DNA of 39,921 bases from Nemertoderma westbladi (Eukaryota > Animalia > Xenacoelomorpha): assembly GCA_032718475.1 (NCBI GenBank), contig JAUCBJ010008203.1, forward strand, positions 1 to 39,921. Direction: 5' to 3'. Below, one piece after another: positions 12,684-26,300 of this stretch (positions within the stretch are counted from its first letter, which is position 1; each line of letters starts with the position of its first letter). A model generated the notes under the pieces. It had not been told where the DNA came from. It was given only the letters and a program-made list of their open reading frames with translations, and ran no database searches. A program made the position numbers and the translations under genes.

Positions 12684-13817
12684 AAACTAGAAAGCCAGCA
12701 AGCTGGCCGGAAGGAGCCCGGGGGAAGAATCCTACCCAAGACTATTACAAATGAACTTTGTCAGTCAGCAGTAAGTAAACTAAACAATTGTCTAAACTGT
12801 CGTCAGGCGTGAGGCTAGCTGACATTGTGGCTCGTCCCACATAATAAAAGATGAAACTGTGCTACCACTAACAAAAATATAATTTGACGCAAATAATTTC
12901 ATTATCAAGCAAGTTTACAAGATATAATATAAGATTACCGAATATTTATAAAAAATGCCCATAATGCAAAACCAGATAAATAACAACAAATAGAGCCAAA
13001 TAATAAATTTAGTTTCCTTCTAAATGTATTACCCCGTCGTCAAGCGGAATATCTCTTCCCAGGGAATCCTATGTGCATATATCAACTCTACAGTCAGCAG
13101 TACACAATAAATAAAATGGCATTCAGCTGACCAGCTACTCGCATGAAGCTAATAGATATTCGATTTCATTCGATTCAGTGAGTGTGTGAGGGCTATTATC
13201 TGGCATGCAACAATTTACAAACACACAATAGGATTAATGTTTGTCTATGGTCTGAAGGGAAGTTTTACAGAGAGTAATCTTAACCGCTAAATGTCATTCA
13301 ACTATAAATCATTTTGCAATCCACAGTGAGTAAAAACTGCAATAGGACATAACACACTGCTTTGTGAAACTAAAATTCATTCTCCTGATCCACCACCTAA
13401 CATAGCAGAGTGAGTAACCTTATTGTAGATCTACCCTTAGGAAGCACTGGGAGAGCAATCAGCTTATGGTGTAATACATTAGAAACCCACAGCTTATGTG
13501 TGAGTAAACATTGCCTTTCCTTATAGCCTACCAGTAAAACTTGGCAACCAACATATTTTACTATGCCTAACTTTGACATATTAAGCCATATTTCATCGTG
13601 AACACCAGCTGTTATTGGTATTATTGGTATTGCTTTTACTTTGGTGACAAAATAATGTCAAAAAATCGAAATATATCGAATACCAAACATAGAATCGATC
13701 TGAAATTTTGTAACGCGATTATGAACCACCAAAGCAATGTACTTACAAAATTTCATCAAAATCGCCAGGCAGGAAGTGCCTGAACCTGGATAATTATCAG
13801 TCAGTCAGTCAGTCAGT
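12684..13817 (+). mobile_element. Possible non-autonomous Helentron/DINE-like element (boundaries uncertain)
   Basis: AAACTAG followed by a GCCAGCAAGCTGGC hairpin at the left end. AAATTTCATCAAAATCG, a CAGGCA/TGCCTG hairpin and (CAGT)5 at the right end. Confidence 0.3.
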
Positions 13818-14263
13818 GTTATACAACTTTCAAATATGTAATATTTAACAACTGTTTATTGCACTTATGCCAAATTTATGGGTTGTGGTTGGTACAGTAC
13901 CATTTAATTTAAGTGGGTATTTTTTAATCTTTGTGTGTTGTAATACTCTACAACAAATATTGTTCTATAAATAGTAGCTACATTTATGTGCATAGTGTTT
14001 TTAACGATTTTTTATTTATATTGATGATATTATTAAATGCCGACTTGACCATGCGTGCACGAATGAAATGAAACGAAAAAAAAAAATATATATATCCTGA
14101 GATTTTTATAGTACGTATAAGTAATCCCGCTATCGAGCGGTTATAATATTACACTACACTACATTATAATAAGGAAATGTTTCATGTTTCATTTCCGGAG
14201 ACAAAAATCATTCCTACTTCATTAGTGGTTGCTTCGCATGTTTCATTTCCGGAGACAAAAATC

Positions 14264-15021
14264 ATGAGATAGCATGAAATTTGAACCAGAGATAGTTTCA
14301 CCTCCCTCCTCCTTGCTGGGTGAGCTATAATTTTTATTTTTGCTTTCATTCTTTAGCTACAAGCGTTTCAAAAAGGTGTCTCCGTCAGTATTACGCCAGT
14401 TACACGGGCGTTATTCTTCAACCTTATAGCGATTTGCTGATATTGACGGAAAGCTGGCCATGCAAGGTTTGCAAATATGTATTACAATCTTAATTTCGTC
14501 GTAAAACAGCAGAAATATGGGCATTCTAAAGTTGCATGGTTTTACACCTGCGCAAGGTTATTTTATTCTATTAAGAAAATACACCATATTCTAGAACATG
14601 TTGTTTATCCCATACATAGCTGGGCAACAATGCAATAACTCTGTATGTAATCATACTATTGCGTAGTTATTGGTACATAAACAAAGTGTTCTAGAATATG
14701 GATTATTTATTAAATAGAATAAAATAGCCTCGCGCAGATGCTAAATCATGCAATATTTGAACGCTCATATCTGAGGTATTTTACGACCAAATTTAGATTA
14801 TGATACATATTTGGAATCCTTGCATGGCCCGCTGTCCGTCAATATCAACAAATCGCTATAAGGTTGAAGAATAACTGCGGTGTAACTGGCGCAATACCGA
14901 CGGAGACACATTTTTCAAAAGCTTGTAGCTAAAGAATGAAAGCAAAAATAAAAATTCTGGGTCACCCAGCAAGGAGGAGGAAGGTGAAACTATCTCTGTT
15001 TCAAATTTCATGAAATCTCAT
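14264..15021. mobile_element. ~760-bp fold-back (palindromic MITE-like) element
   Basis: Arms of ~345 bp pair along their length, e.g. TTTTTATTTTTGCTTTCATTCTTTAGCTACAAGC / GCTTGTAGCTAAAGAATGAAAGCAAAAATAAAAA and GTTATTCTTCAACCTTATAGCGATTTG / CAAATCGCTATAAGGTTGAAGAATAAC. Centre at ~14650. Confidence 0.85.
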
Positions 15022-15099
15022 TAAGATTTGTAGAAAAATTTGGAAAACTATATTCCACGACATGGTGTAGTGGTTGTTTCGTTATTATATTCAATCTTT

Positions 15100-16929
15100 C
15101 ACAATGACAATTACGGTGTGCGACACAATGGTAATTACAGTGTGCGACACAATGGCAATTACAGTGTGCCACACAATGACAATTACGGTGTGCGACACAA
15201 TGGCAATTACAGTGTGCGACACAATGGCACTTACGGTGTGCGACACAATGGCACTTACGTTGTGCGACACAATGGCACTTACGGTATGCGACACAATGGT
15301 ACTTACGGTGTGCCACACAATGACAATTAGGGTGTGCGACACAATGGCAATTACAGTTTGCGACACAATGGCAATTACAGTGTGCCACACAATGACAATT
15401 ACAGTGTGCCACACAATGACAATTACGGTGTGCGACACAATGGCAATTACAGTGTGCGACACAATGACAATCACGGTGTGCGACACAATGGTACTTACGG
15501 TGTGTGACACAATGGCAATTACGGTGTGCGACACAATGGCAATTACGGTATGCGACACAATGGTACTTACGGTGTGCCACACAATGACAATTACGGTGTG
15601 CGACACAATGGCAATCACAGTTTGCGACACAATGGCAATTACAGTGTGCCACACAATGACAATTACAGTGTGCCACACAATGACAATTACGGTGTGCGAC
15701 ACAATGGCAATTACAGTGTGCGACACAATGGCACTTACGGTGTGCGACACAATGGCACTTACGTTGTGCGACACAATGGCACTTACGGTATGCGACACAA
15801 TGGTACTTACGGTGTGCCACACAATGACAATTACGGTGTGCGACACAATGGCAATTACAGTTTGCGACACAATGGCAATTACAGTGTGCCACACAATGAC
15901 AATTACAGTGTGCCACACAATGACAATTACGGTGTGCGACACAATGGCAATTACAGTGTGCGACACAATGACAATCACGGTGTGCGACACAATGGTACTT
16001 ACGGTGTGTGACACAATGGCAATTACGGTGTGCGACACAATGGCAATTACGGTGTGCGACACAATGGCAATTACAGTGTGCGACACAATGGCAATTACAG
16101 TGTACCACACAATGACAATTACGGTGTGCGACACAATGGCAATTGCAGTGTGCGACACAATGGCACTTACGGTGTGCGACACAATGGCACTTACGGTGTG
16201 CGACACAGTGGCACTTATGGTGTGCGACACAATGGCAATTACGGTGTGCGACACAATGGCAATTACAGTGTGCGACACAATGGCAATTACTGTGTGCGAC
16301 ACAATGGCAATTACAGTGTGCGACACAATGGCAATTACTGTGTGCGACACAATGACAATTACAGTGTGCGACACAATGACAATCACGGTGTGCGACACAA
16401 TGGCACTTACTGTGTGCGACATAATGGCACTTACGGTGTGCGACACAATGGTAATTACGTTGTGCGACACAATGGCACTTACGGTGTGCGACACAATCGT
16501 AATTACGGTGTGCGACACAATGGTAATTACAGTGTGCGACACAATGGGACTTACGGTGTGCGACACAATGGGACTTACGGTGTGCGACACTATGGCAATT
16601 ACGGTGTGCGACACAATGGCAATCACGGTGTGCGACACAATGGCAATTACAGTGTGCGACACAGTGGTAATTACGGTGTGCGACACAATGGTAATTACAG
16701 TGTGCGACACAATGGGACTAACAGTGTCCGACACAATGGGACTGACGGTGTGCGACACTATGGCAATTACGGTGTGCGACACAATGGCAATCACGGTGTG
16801 CGACACAATGGCAATTACAGTGTGCGACACAGTGGTAATTACGGTGTGCGACGCAATGGCAATTACGGTGTGCGACACAATGGCAATTACAGTGTGCGAC
16901 ACAATGGGACTTACAGTGTGCGACACAAT
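15100..16929. repeat. 24-bp minisatellite (CACAATGGCAATTACGGTGTGCGA)n, ~76 copies, with higher-order structure
   Basis: Strict 24-bp period without indels. Diagnostic variants recur at 504-bp spacing. Confidence 0.97.
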
Positions 16930-17513
16930 CTTTAATTGAATCAAACATTAAACTAAAATATATGTAACAATATTGATCTGTCTGTAGCTGGTCAATGAAT
17001 CTCTCATAAATGTGTTAATTAGTCGCTGCTCAGTCATTGAACATTTGAACACGTGCTGCTCGAAGACCCCACAACGTGTTCTTACTGTATAGTACCACCC
17101 ATGGCTATATTTTGTACTTAGAGTTCCGCTTTCTTGAATCTAAATTTTGTTCTTATATTTCTGCATTTAGCTACATTTTGTTCAATTTGTATTGATATAT
17201 GATTCTAACTACAGTCCCGTACTTATTTTAGAAGCAATTAATACCAAAATATCAAAAACTTATGGAGCACTTTAGAATTTTGAATTCAAAAATTTCCAAC
17301 ATGCGCGCAAGTGTGTTAGCTGTATTGTATGTGCTTATTTGTTATTATTGCGTTCACAGGTAATACTAACACCTGCACATGTGCTAGTTAACATGTTAAA
17401 TAGCACGTATTAGCTAATAACAAATGCGCACATGTATTACGTGCGCACTACGCACTAAATTATTAAGGACGTACGACACGCCTTGGCTATTATTTGATAT
17501 ATTTTGTGTGTTT

Positions 17514-17666
17514 TTTGTAAAAATTCGGACTTATGGTGTTTTGCCAAATTGAGGATACCTTGTTTTCTCGCCAATACCCCGCAACTAACGTATAGTTACG
17601 GGATAATACCAGAAAACGGTGTCCCCCTTGTTTTGGCAAAACACCATAAGTCCGAATTTTTACAAA
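17514..17666. mobile_element. 153-bp hairpin / MITE-like element with 35-bp perfect inverted arms
   Basis: TTTGTAAAAATTCGGACTTATGGTGTTTTGCCAAA at 17514-17548 and its exact reverse complement at 17632-17666. The interior is also partly self-complementary. Confidence 0.75.
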
Positions 17667-19419
17667 TGGGGTGGGGGACTGGACGCAAATCCCATCTTGG
17701 CGAATTAATATCCCGCCTCAATGTTAAATTCTCAATCAATTTAGGGAAAGGAGAAGGTTACAGTGGCAGGTTATTTTAACCAAAACAATAAACTAAACAC
17801 AATAGTTACAGGTTTATTTTTGAGAGTAATCAGCTATTATTTGCGTCCAATTTCCCCTGGAGAGGGATGTATTTTTATTGCTTCCAGTCCCCCCCACCCC
17901 CCCCCCCCCCCCCCCCTATCTGAAATTATAATAGTCATTGTGAGCTATCGATAAATATTAGTGAATATATCAATAATTGATTTAATAAATCCTTCCCTTG
18001 TAATATTAATATACCAGACAACAAAATTTCAAAGTCGAATTTCGAAGATTTAACGCTAAGTTTAATAATGTGGGGAGAGCCACGCACTCACGTCGATCCT
18101 TAGCGCACAATTTAAGGGCAAAATTTCATGTCCGTCTGGAAATTTATTCGTAAATAACTTTTGCAAACAATTTTCAACCAAATTTTGTATGGGCTGGGCA
18201 TACTAGATAAAAGTTCAAATATTTTTGAAAGTTACGGGCTAATACCTCAAGTTCAATTGCTCAAGTTCCCGTGCGTCGCGACGCCCCACGAACGTGTTAT
18301 ATATGTTTAATTAATAATAGTTTGTTTACCTGCGCAGATTGAACAGATATTTCAGAAGTTCCACACCGCGTAGTGTTAGTCCCATAGCATAGTGTTTGGC
18401 AAATACTTGGAAGAAATGTAATTAAAGTTTTATGAGAAAGAGTAAGTAATATGTGCTTTACTCAACTCAAATGCACTTTACGTTATCAAATGTCATGGGC
18501 ATTTCATTAATAAGATGCTTTGTGCTGTGAGTACCGGTAGCATTAGTAGCACAGTAGTATATACAGTAGGTCATATACTGTGGCATAACATATTTGTTAT
18601 CCTCAGAGTATTGTTGTTTATGGGTTTGTATCATGAATAATAATATTATAAAATTCGTGGTGTAAATTTATGACGCCTTCACCTGCTTTTATAAAACTAC
18701 AGTAACAACACCCCACCTCATCTACATCTAAAGTTCCCACCTTCACAAGCAGACAAGCCGCAAACGATCTATGTATTTACAGTACATAATTTTGGATTTC
18801 CCAGGTTCAGGGGGGCTACATGTGCTATTAATATATTAGGTTTATTTTGAATTTAATTTCTTCTTTGGCATAATTTGTTAGTTTAGATAAAGATTGTTTA
18901 CTGTAATTTAAATATTTTTGTAAACAGTGAGCAAGGCTTATAAGAATGTGTGTAGGAATACAATCGCATATTTCATAAAAATATTGATGTAATTAACCTC
19001 ATCTCGTCTGAGGATTATACTGTACATCTCTCTCTTAGTCACTACTGGTATAGTGAGCAATACATTATTTCCAATTAATTATTACAGTACTTATCAGGAA
19101 ACACCACGACTGTTTTAGTCGCCGATCCAAACTAGGCATACATTATGAAATGAACAAAGACTGATAATTTTATATAACTGTTAAGAATTTTATATAACAA
19201 AAATTAAGGGCTTAACATACAACATACAATATTCTATTATATAAATATTATAGTAAACAATACTGAATCGAAAACGAAAAACTAACCTGTTTTATAACCC
19301 AGACCAGTTAGCAAAATGCGCAAACTACTGAAGTATGTTATTAAATAACAAACCGCACACTATACAACCGTTTAATAATAAACTAACAAACTGAAAGCCT
19401 ACATCATGTACCGTATAGT

Positions 19420-21802
19420 AATCAGTGCAGTACTGGTAACCAGTGCAGTAGCGGTAATCAGTGCAGTACCGGTAACTGTACCAGTACGGGTAACGGAACC
19501 AGTACGGACAACTGTACCATTACGGGTAACTGTACCAGTACGTACGGGTAACTGTACCAGTACGGGTAACTGTACCAGTATGGGTGATGTACCAGTACGG
19601 CTATCTGTACCAGTACGGCTATCTGTACCAGTACGGCTATCTGTACCAGTACGGGTAACTGTACCCTTACGGGTAACTGTACCAGAATGGGTAACTGTAC
19701 CATTACGGGTAACTGTACCAACACGGGTAACTGTACGAGTACGGGTGACTGAACCGGTACGGGTAACTGTACCAGTACGGGTAACTGTACCAGTACGGGT
19801 AACTGTACCAGTACGGGTGACTGAATCAGTACGGGTAACTGTACCAGTACGGGTAACGGTACCATTACGGGTAACTGTACCACTACGGGTAACTGTACCA
19901 GTACGGGTAACTGTACCAGTACGGGTAACTGTACCAGTACGGGTAACTGTACCAGTACGGGTAACTGTACCAGTACGGGTAACTGTACCAGTACGGGTAA
20001 CTGTACCAGATACGGGTAACTGTACCAGAACGGGTAACTGTACCAGGGTGGGTAACTGTACCAGCGCGGGTAACTGTACCAGGACGGGTAACTGTACCAG
20101 TACGGGTAACTGTACCAGTACGGGTAACTGTACCAGTACGGGTAACTGTACCAGTACGGGTAACTGTACCAGTACGGGTAACTGTACCGGTACGGGTAAC
20201 TGTACCAGTACGGGTAACTGTACCAGTACGGATAACTGTACCAGTACGGGTAACTGTACCAGTACGGGTAACTGTACCAGTACGGGTAACTGTACCAGTA
20301 CGGGTAACTGTACCAGTACGGGTAACTGTACCAGTACGGGTAACTGTACCAGTACGGGTAACTGTACCGGTACGGGTAACTGTACCAGAACGGGTAACTG
20401 TACCAGAACGGGTAACTGTACCAGGGTGGGTAACTGTACCAGCGCGGGTAACTGTACCAGGACGGGTAACTGTACCAGCACGGGTAACTGTACCAGTACG
20501 GGTAACTGTACCGGTACGGGTAACTGTACCAGAACGGGTAACTGTACCAGAACGGGTAACTGTACAGGGTGGGTAACTGTACAGCGCGGGTAACTGTACA
20601 GGACGGGTAACTGTACCAGTACGGGTAACTGTAACAGTACGGGTAACTGTACCAGTACGGGTAACTGTACCAGTACGGGTAATTGTACCAGTACGGGTAA
20701 TTGTACCAGTACGGGTAACTGTACCAGTACGGGTAACTGTATCAGTACGGGTAACTGTACCGATACGGGTAACTGTACCAGAACGGGTAACTGTACCAGA
20801 ACGGGTAACTGTACAGGGTGGGTAACTGTACAGCGCGGGTAACTGTACAGGACGGGTAACTGTACAGGACGGGTAACTGTACCAGAACGGGTAACTGTAC
20901 CAGAACGGGTAACTGTACCAGAACGGGTAACTGTACAGGGTGGGTAACTGTACAGCGCGGGTAACTGTACAGGACGGGTAACTGTACCAGTACGGGTAAC
21001 TGTACCAGTACGGGTAACTGTAACAGTACGGGTAACTGTACCAGTACGGGTAACTGTAACAGTACGGGTAACTGTATCAGTACGGGTAACTGTAACAGTA
21101 CGGGTAACTGTACCAGTACGGGTAACTGTACCAGTACGGGTAACTGTACCAGTACGGGTAACTGTACCAGTACGGGTAACTGTACCAGTACGGGCAACTG
21201 TACCAGTACGGGTAACTGTACCAGTACGGGTAACTGTACCAGTACGGGTAACTGTACCAGTACGGGTAACTGTACCAGTACGGGTAACTGTACCAGTACG
21301 GGTAACTGTACCAGTACGGGTAACTGTATCAGTACGGGTAACTGTACCAGTACGGGTAACTGTACCAGTACGGGTAACTGTACCAGTACGGGTAACTGTA
21401 CCAGTACGGGTAACTGTACCAGTACGGGTAACTGTACCAGTACGGTTAACTGTACCAGTACGGGTAACTGTATCAGTACGGGTAACTGTAACAGTACGGG
21501 TAACTGTACCAGTACGGGTAACTGTACCAGTACGGGTAACTGTACCAGTACGGGTAACTGTAACAGTACGGGTAACTGTACCAGTACGGGTAACTGTACC
21601 AGTACGGGTAACTGTACCGGTACGGGTAACTGTACCAGAACGGGTAACTGCACAGGGCGGGTAACTGTACAGGACGGGTAACTGGACCAGTACGGGTAAC
21701 TGTACCAGTACGGGTAACTGTATCAGTACGGGTAACTGTACCAGTACGGGTAACTGTACCAGTACGGGTAATTGTACCAGTACGGGTAACTGTACCAGTA
21801 CC
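19420..21802. repeat. 18-bp minisatellite (GTACCAGTACGGGTAACT)n, ~130 copies, with 17-bp variants
   Basis: Period read directly. Divergent left edge at 19420-19470. Confidence 0.97.
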
Positions 21803-22249
21803 GTAGTTATCTACTACGCTTTAAGTTTTATTATACCTATTTACTACCATTATTGTGTGTATAGAAGCCAATACAGGAGTGTGCAGCTGATTTTTTTAAA
21901 ACTGCATATTAATTTTATTTGGTTAAAATGAAGGACGTAAAAGAGGGTTGATCCATCGGGCTATTGTACAGCTCCGGCATATTGGACTACCTCAGAATCG
22001 CGATAACAAGTATACTAACTTAGTAACTGCTTCCTGGGACTTCCCCTTCTCAACCACTTGTATACAGTTAAGTTGCAATTCATTATTCTAACAGCCGCGG
22101 TCCAACCCGACTCAAGTCAATTCGAATAAAACGGGAGAGGAAGGAAGAACAAAGAAATAAAATATTCAGCTCGAGTATTGCTGTTAATCGGGTTGTTAAT
22201 GAAATAAGCGCGAAATCGCTCAAAGATCCGCGTGTACTAACGCATGAAC

Positions 22250-22323
22250 CTACCGGGAACAGGGATTGAACTCGGTACCTAGAGATTCCAAGTACAACGC
22301 TCTAGCAATTATGACACGGCGCC
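22250..22323 (-). mobile_element. tRNA-derived SINE head (degenerate)
   Basis: Minus strand reads GGCGCCGTGTCATAATTGCTAGAGCG...GAGTTCAATCCC, with decayed Pol III A and B boxes at tRNA-like spacing. No intact cloverleaf. Confidence 0.55.
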
Positions 22324-23330
22324 GTAAGAAGCCTTATTAAGCTAAATCCCAACTGGAAATTAACAGCAACAACAATAACGGAGTGAATACTAGAGGTCTC
22401 GCTACGCGCGGACCTAAAAATGAATTAGAAATGAAACGGTATAACGCTGGTTCAGCCCTCTGTGACGTCCTTCCACTCATTTTCCACTTCGGAATAAATA
22501 CACAATAACTTTATTTACTATAATTGCATTATCAATTCAACAACAAATACACTTATTAAATAATGTTTTGATTTTGGAATAAAATATATATTTAAAATTT
22601 TAACTAATTAGTAATTCAAATTCCCAACTTTTATTTTGGAAAAACTTTGGAAACATTGCAATACATTCATTTAAAGAACAGCTTCCAGGGATACTATTAA
22701 TCTGCTCTGAAAATCGCTCTCCTGCGTTCCTATTGGTTAAATAATACGAACACTAAGAAAGAGTTTGAATTGCGCTATAATATATTCTATAAGTCGACGG
22801 TAGATGTCGCAAGAAATATTTCAATTAAATGTTTCTTCTTTTGAGGGAATATATATAATGTAATGCATATTTCTTTTTATCATTAATTCTCGCTTTTTGT
22901 TTACACATTACTGGGGCAACAAACCAGTATTATATCCGTATAATCCTGATTTTTCGAGGTTATATACTTCAAACATAAATTTTTTCAAGATTGTGATATA
23001 TTATGAGATTATACTAGCTAGTAATTATTGATTGTACTAAAAAACTATATATTTAAAACGCTGCTACGCAAGGTGGAACTGCGATGGAAGTAGCTAAACT
23101 TAACCCCCCTTTTTGTACTGTAGGCCTACTGATTTTGGAGAGAATAAGCCTACCGTAACGAATTTCAATTTCACTCCATAATGATTTTGTTCCATATGTC
23201 ATTTTCTTATCAATCTGTGTGGATTTTCCCAATAATGAAGTAGTACAAAGCTTTCGTAAGAATATGAGATGGTAATCGTGGCATTGGTACACCTAGGGTA
23301 CCCATTGACCAGATTTTTTATACTAGTCAA

Positions 23331-26300
23331 ACTATACGGCTATAATACTATACGGATATAATACTATACGGATATAATACTATACGGCTATAATACTATA
23401 CGGCTATAATACTATACGGCTATAATACTATACGGCTATAATACTATACGGCTATAATACTATACGGCTATTATACTATACGGCTATAATACTATACGGC
23501 TATAATACTATACGGCTATAATACTATACGGCTATAATACTATACGGCTATAATACTATACGGCTATAATATTATACGGCCAATACGGCTATAATACTAT
23601 ACGGCTATAATACTATACGGCTATAATACTATACGGCTATAATACTATACGGCTATAATACTATACGGCTATAATACTATACGGCTATAATACTATACGG
23701 CTATAATACTATACGGCTATAATACTATACGGCTATAATACTATACGGCTATAATATTATACGGCCAATACGGCTATAATACTATACGGCTATAATATTA
23801 TACGGCCAATACGGCTATAATACTATACGGCTATAATACTATACGGCTATAATATTATACGGCCAATACGGCTATAATACTATACGGCTATAATACTATA
23901 CGGCTATAATACTATACGGCTATAATACTATACGGCTATAATACTATACGGCTATAATACTATACGGCTATAATACTATACGGCTATAATACTATACGGC
24001 TATAATACTATACGGCTATTATACTATACGGCTATTATACTATACGGCTATAATACTATACGGCTATAATACTATACGGCTATAATACTATACGGCTATA
24101 ATACTATACGGCTATAATACTATACGGCTATAATACTATACGGCTATTATACTATACGGCTATTATACTATACGGCTATAATACTATACGGCTATAATAC
24201 TATACGGCTATAATACTATACGGCTATAATACTATACGGCTATAATACTATACGGCTATAATACTATACGGCTATAATACTATACGGCTATAATACTATA
24301 CGGCTATAATACTATACGGCTATAATACTATACGGCTATAATACTATACGGCTATAATACTATACGGCTATAATATTATACGGATATAATACTATATGGC
24401 TATAATACTATACGGATATAATACTATACGGCTATAATACTATACGGCTATAATACTATACGGCTATAATACTATACGGCTATAATACTATACGGCTATT
24501 ATACTATACGGCTATAATACTATACGGCTATAATACTATACGGCTATAATACTATACGGCTATAATACTATACGGCTATAATACTATACGGCTATAATAC
24601 TATACGGCTATTATACTATACGGCTATAATACTATACGGCTATAATACTATACGGCTATAATACTATACGGCTATAATACTATACGGCTATAATACTATA
24701 CGGCTATAATATTATACGGCCATAATTCTATACGGCTATAATACTATACGGATATAATACTATACGGATATAATACTATACGGCTATAATACTATACGGC
24801 TATAATACTATACGGCTATAATACTATACGGCTATAATACTATACGGCTATAATACTATACGGCTATAATACTATACGGCTATAATACTATACGGCTATA
24901 ATACTATACGGCTATAATACTATACGGCTATAATACTATACGGCTATAATACTATACGGCTATAATACTATACGGCTATAATACTATACGGCTATAATAC
25001 TATACGGCTATAATACTATACGGCTATAATATTATACGGCCAATACGGCTATAATACTATACGGCTATAATATTATACGGCCAATACGGCTATAATACTA
25101 TACGGCTATAATACTATACGGCTATAATATTATACGGCCAATACGGCTATAATACTATACGGCTATAATACTATACGGCTATAATACTATACGGCTATAA
25201 TACTATACGGCTATAATACTATACGGCTATAATACTATACGGCTATAATACTATACGGCTATAATACTATACGGCTATAATATTATACGGCCAATACGGC
25301 TATAATACTATACGGCTATAATACTATACGGCTATAATACTATACGGCTATAATACTATACGGCTATAATATTATACGGCCAATACGGCTATAATACTAT
25401 ACGGCTATAATACTATACGGCTATAATACTATACGGCTATAATACTATACGGCTATAATACTATACGGCTATAATATTATACGGCCAATACGGCTATAAT
25501 ACTATACGGCTATAATACTATACGGCTATAATACTATACGGCTATAATACTATACGGCCAATACGGCTATAATACTATACGGCTATAATACTATACGGCT
25601 ATAATACTATACGGCTATAATACTATACGGCTATAATATTATACGGCCAATACGGCTATAATACTATACGGCTATAATACTATACGGCTATAATACTATA
25701 CGGCTATAATACTATACGGCTATAATACTATACGGCTATAATATTATACGGCCAATACGGCTATAATACTATACGGCTATAATAATATACGGCTATAATA
25801 CTATACGGCTATAATACTATACGGCTATAATACTATACGGCTATAATACTATACGGCTATAATACTATACGGATATAATACTATACGGCTATAATATTAT
25901 ACGGATATAATACTATACGGCTATAATACTATACGGCTATAATACTATACGGCTATAATACTATACGGCTATAATATTATACGGCCAATACGGCTATAAT
26001 ACTATACGGCTATAATACTATACGGCTATAATACTATACGGCTATAATATTATACGGCCAATACGGCTATAATACTATACGGCTATAATACTATACGGCT
26101 ATAATACTATACGGCTATAATACTATACGGATATAATACTATACGGCTATAATACTATACGGCTATAATACTATACGGATATAATACTATACGGCTATAA
26201 TACTATACGGCTATAATACTATACGGCTATAATATTATACGGCCAATACGGCTATAATACTATACGGCTATAATACTATACGGCTATAATACTATACGGC

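Noticed and set aside
19399-21653. (VLVQLP)n and (TGTVTR)n ORFs as structural or antifreeze proteins
   Set aside because: Frames switch at 17- and 19-bp monomers, and there is no signal peptide or unique domain.
22250-22323. Functional tRNA gene
   Set aside because: Acceptor and anticodon stems do not pair and the A and B boxes are decayed. Better explained as a SINE head.
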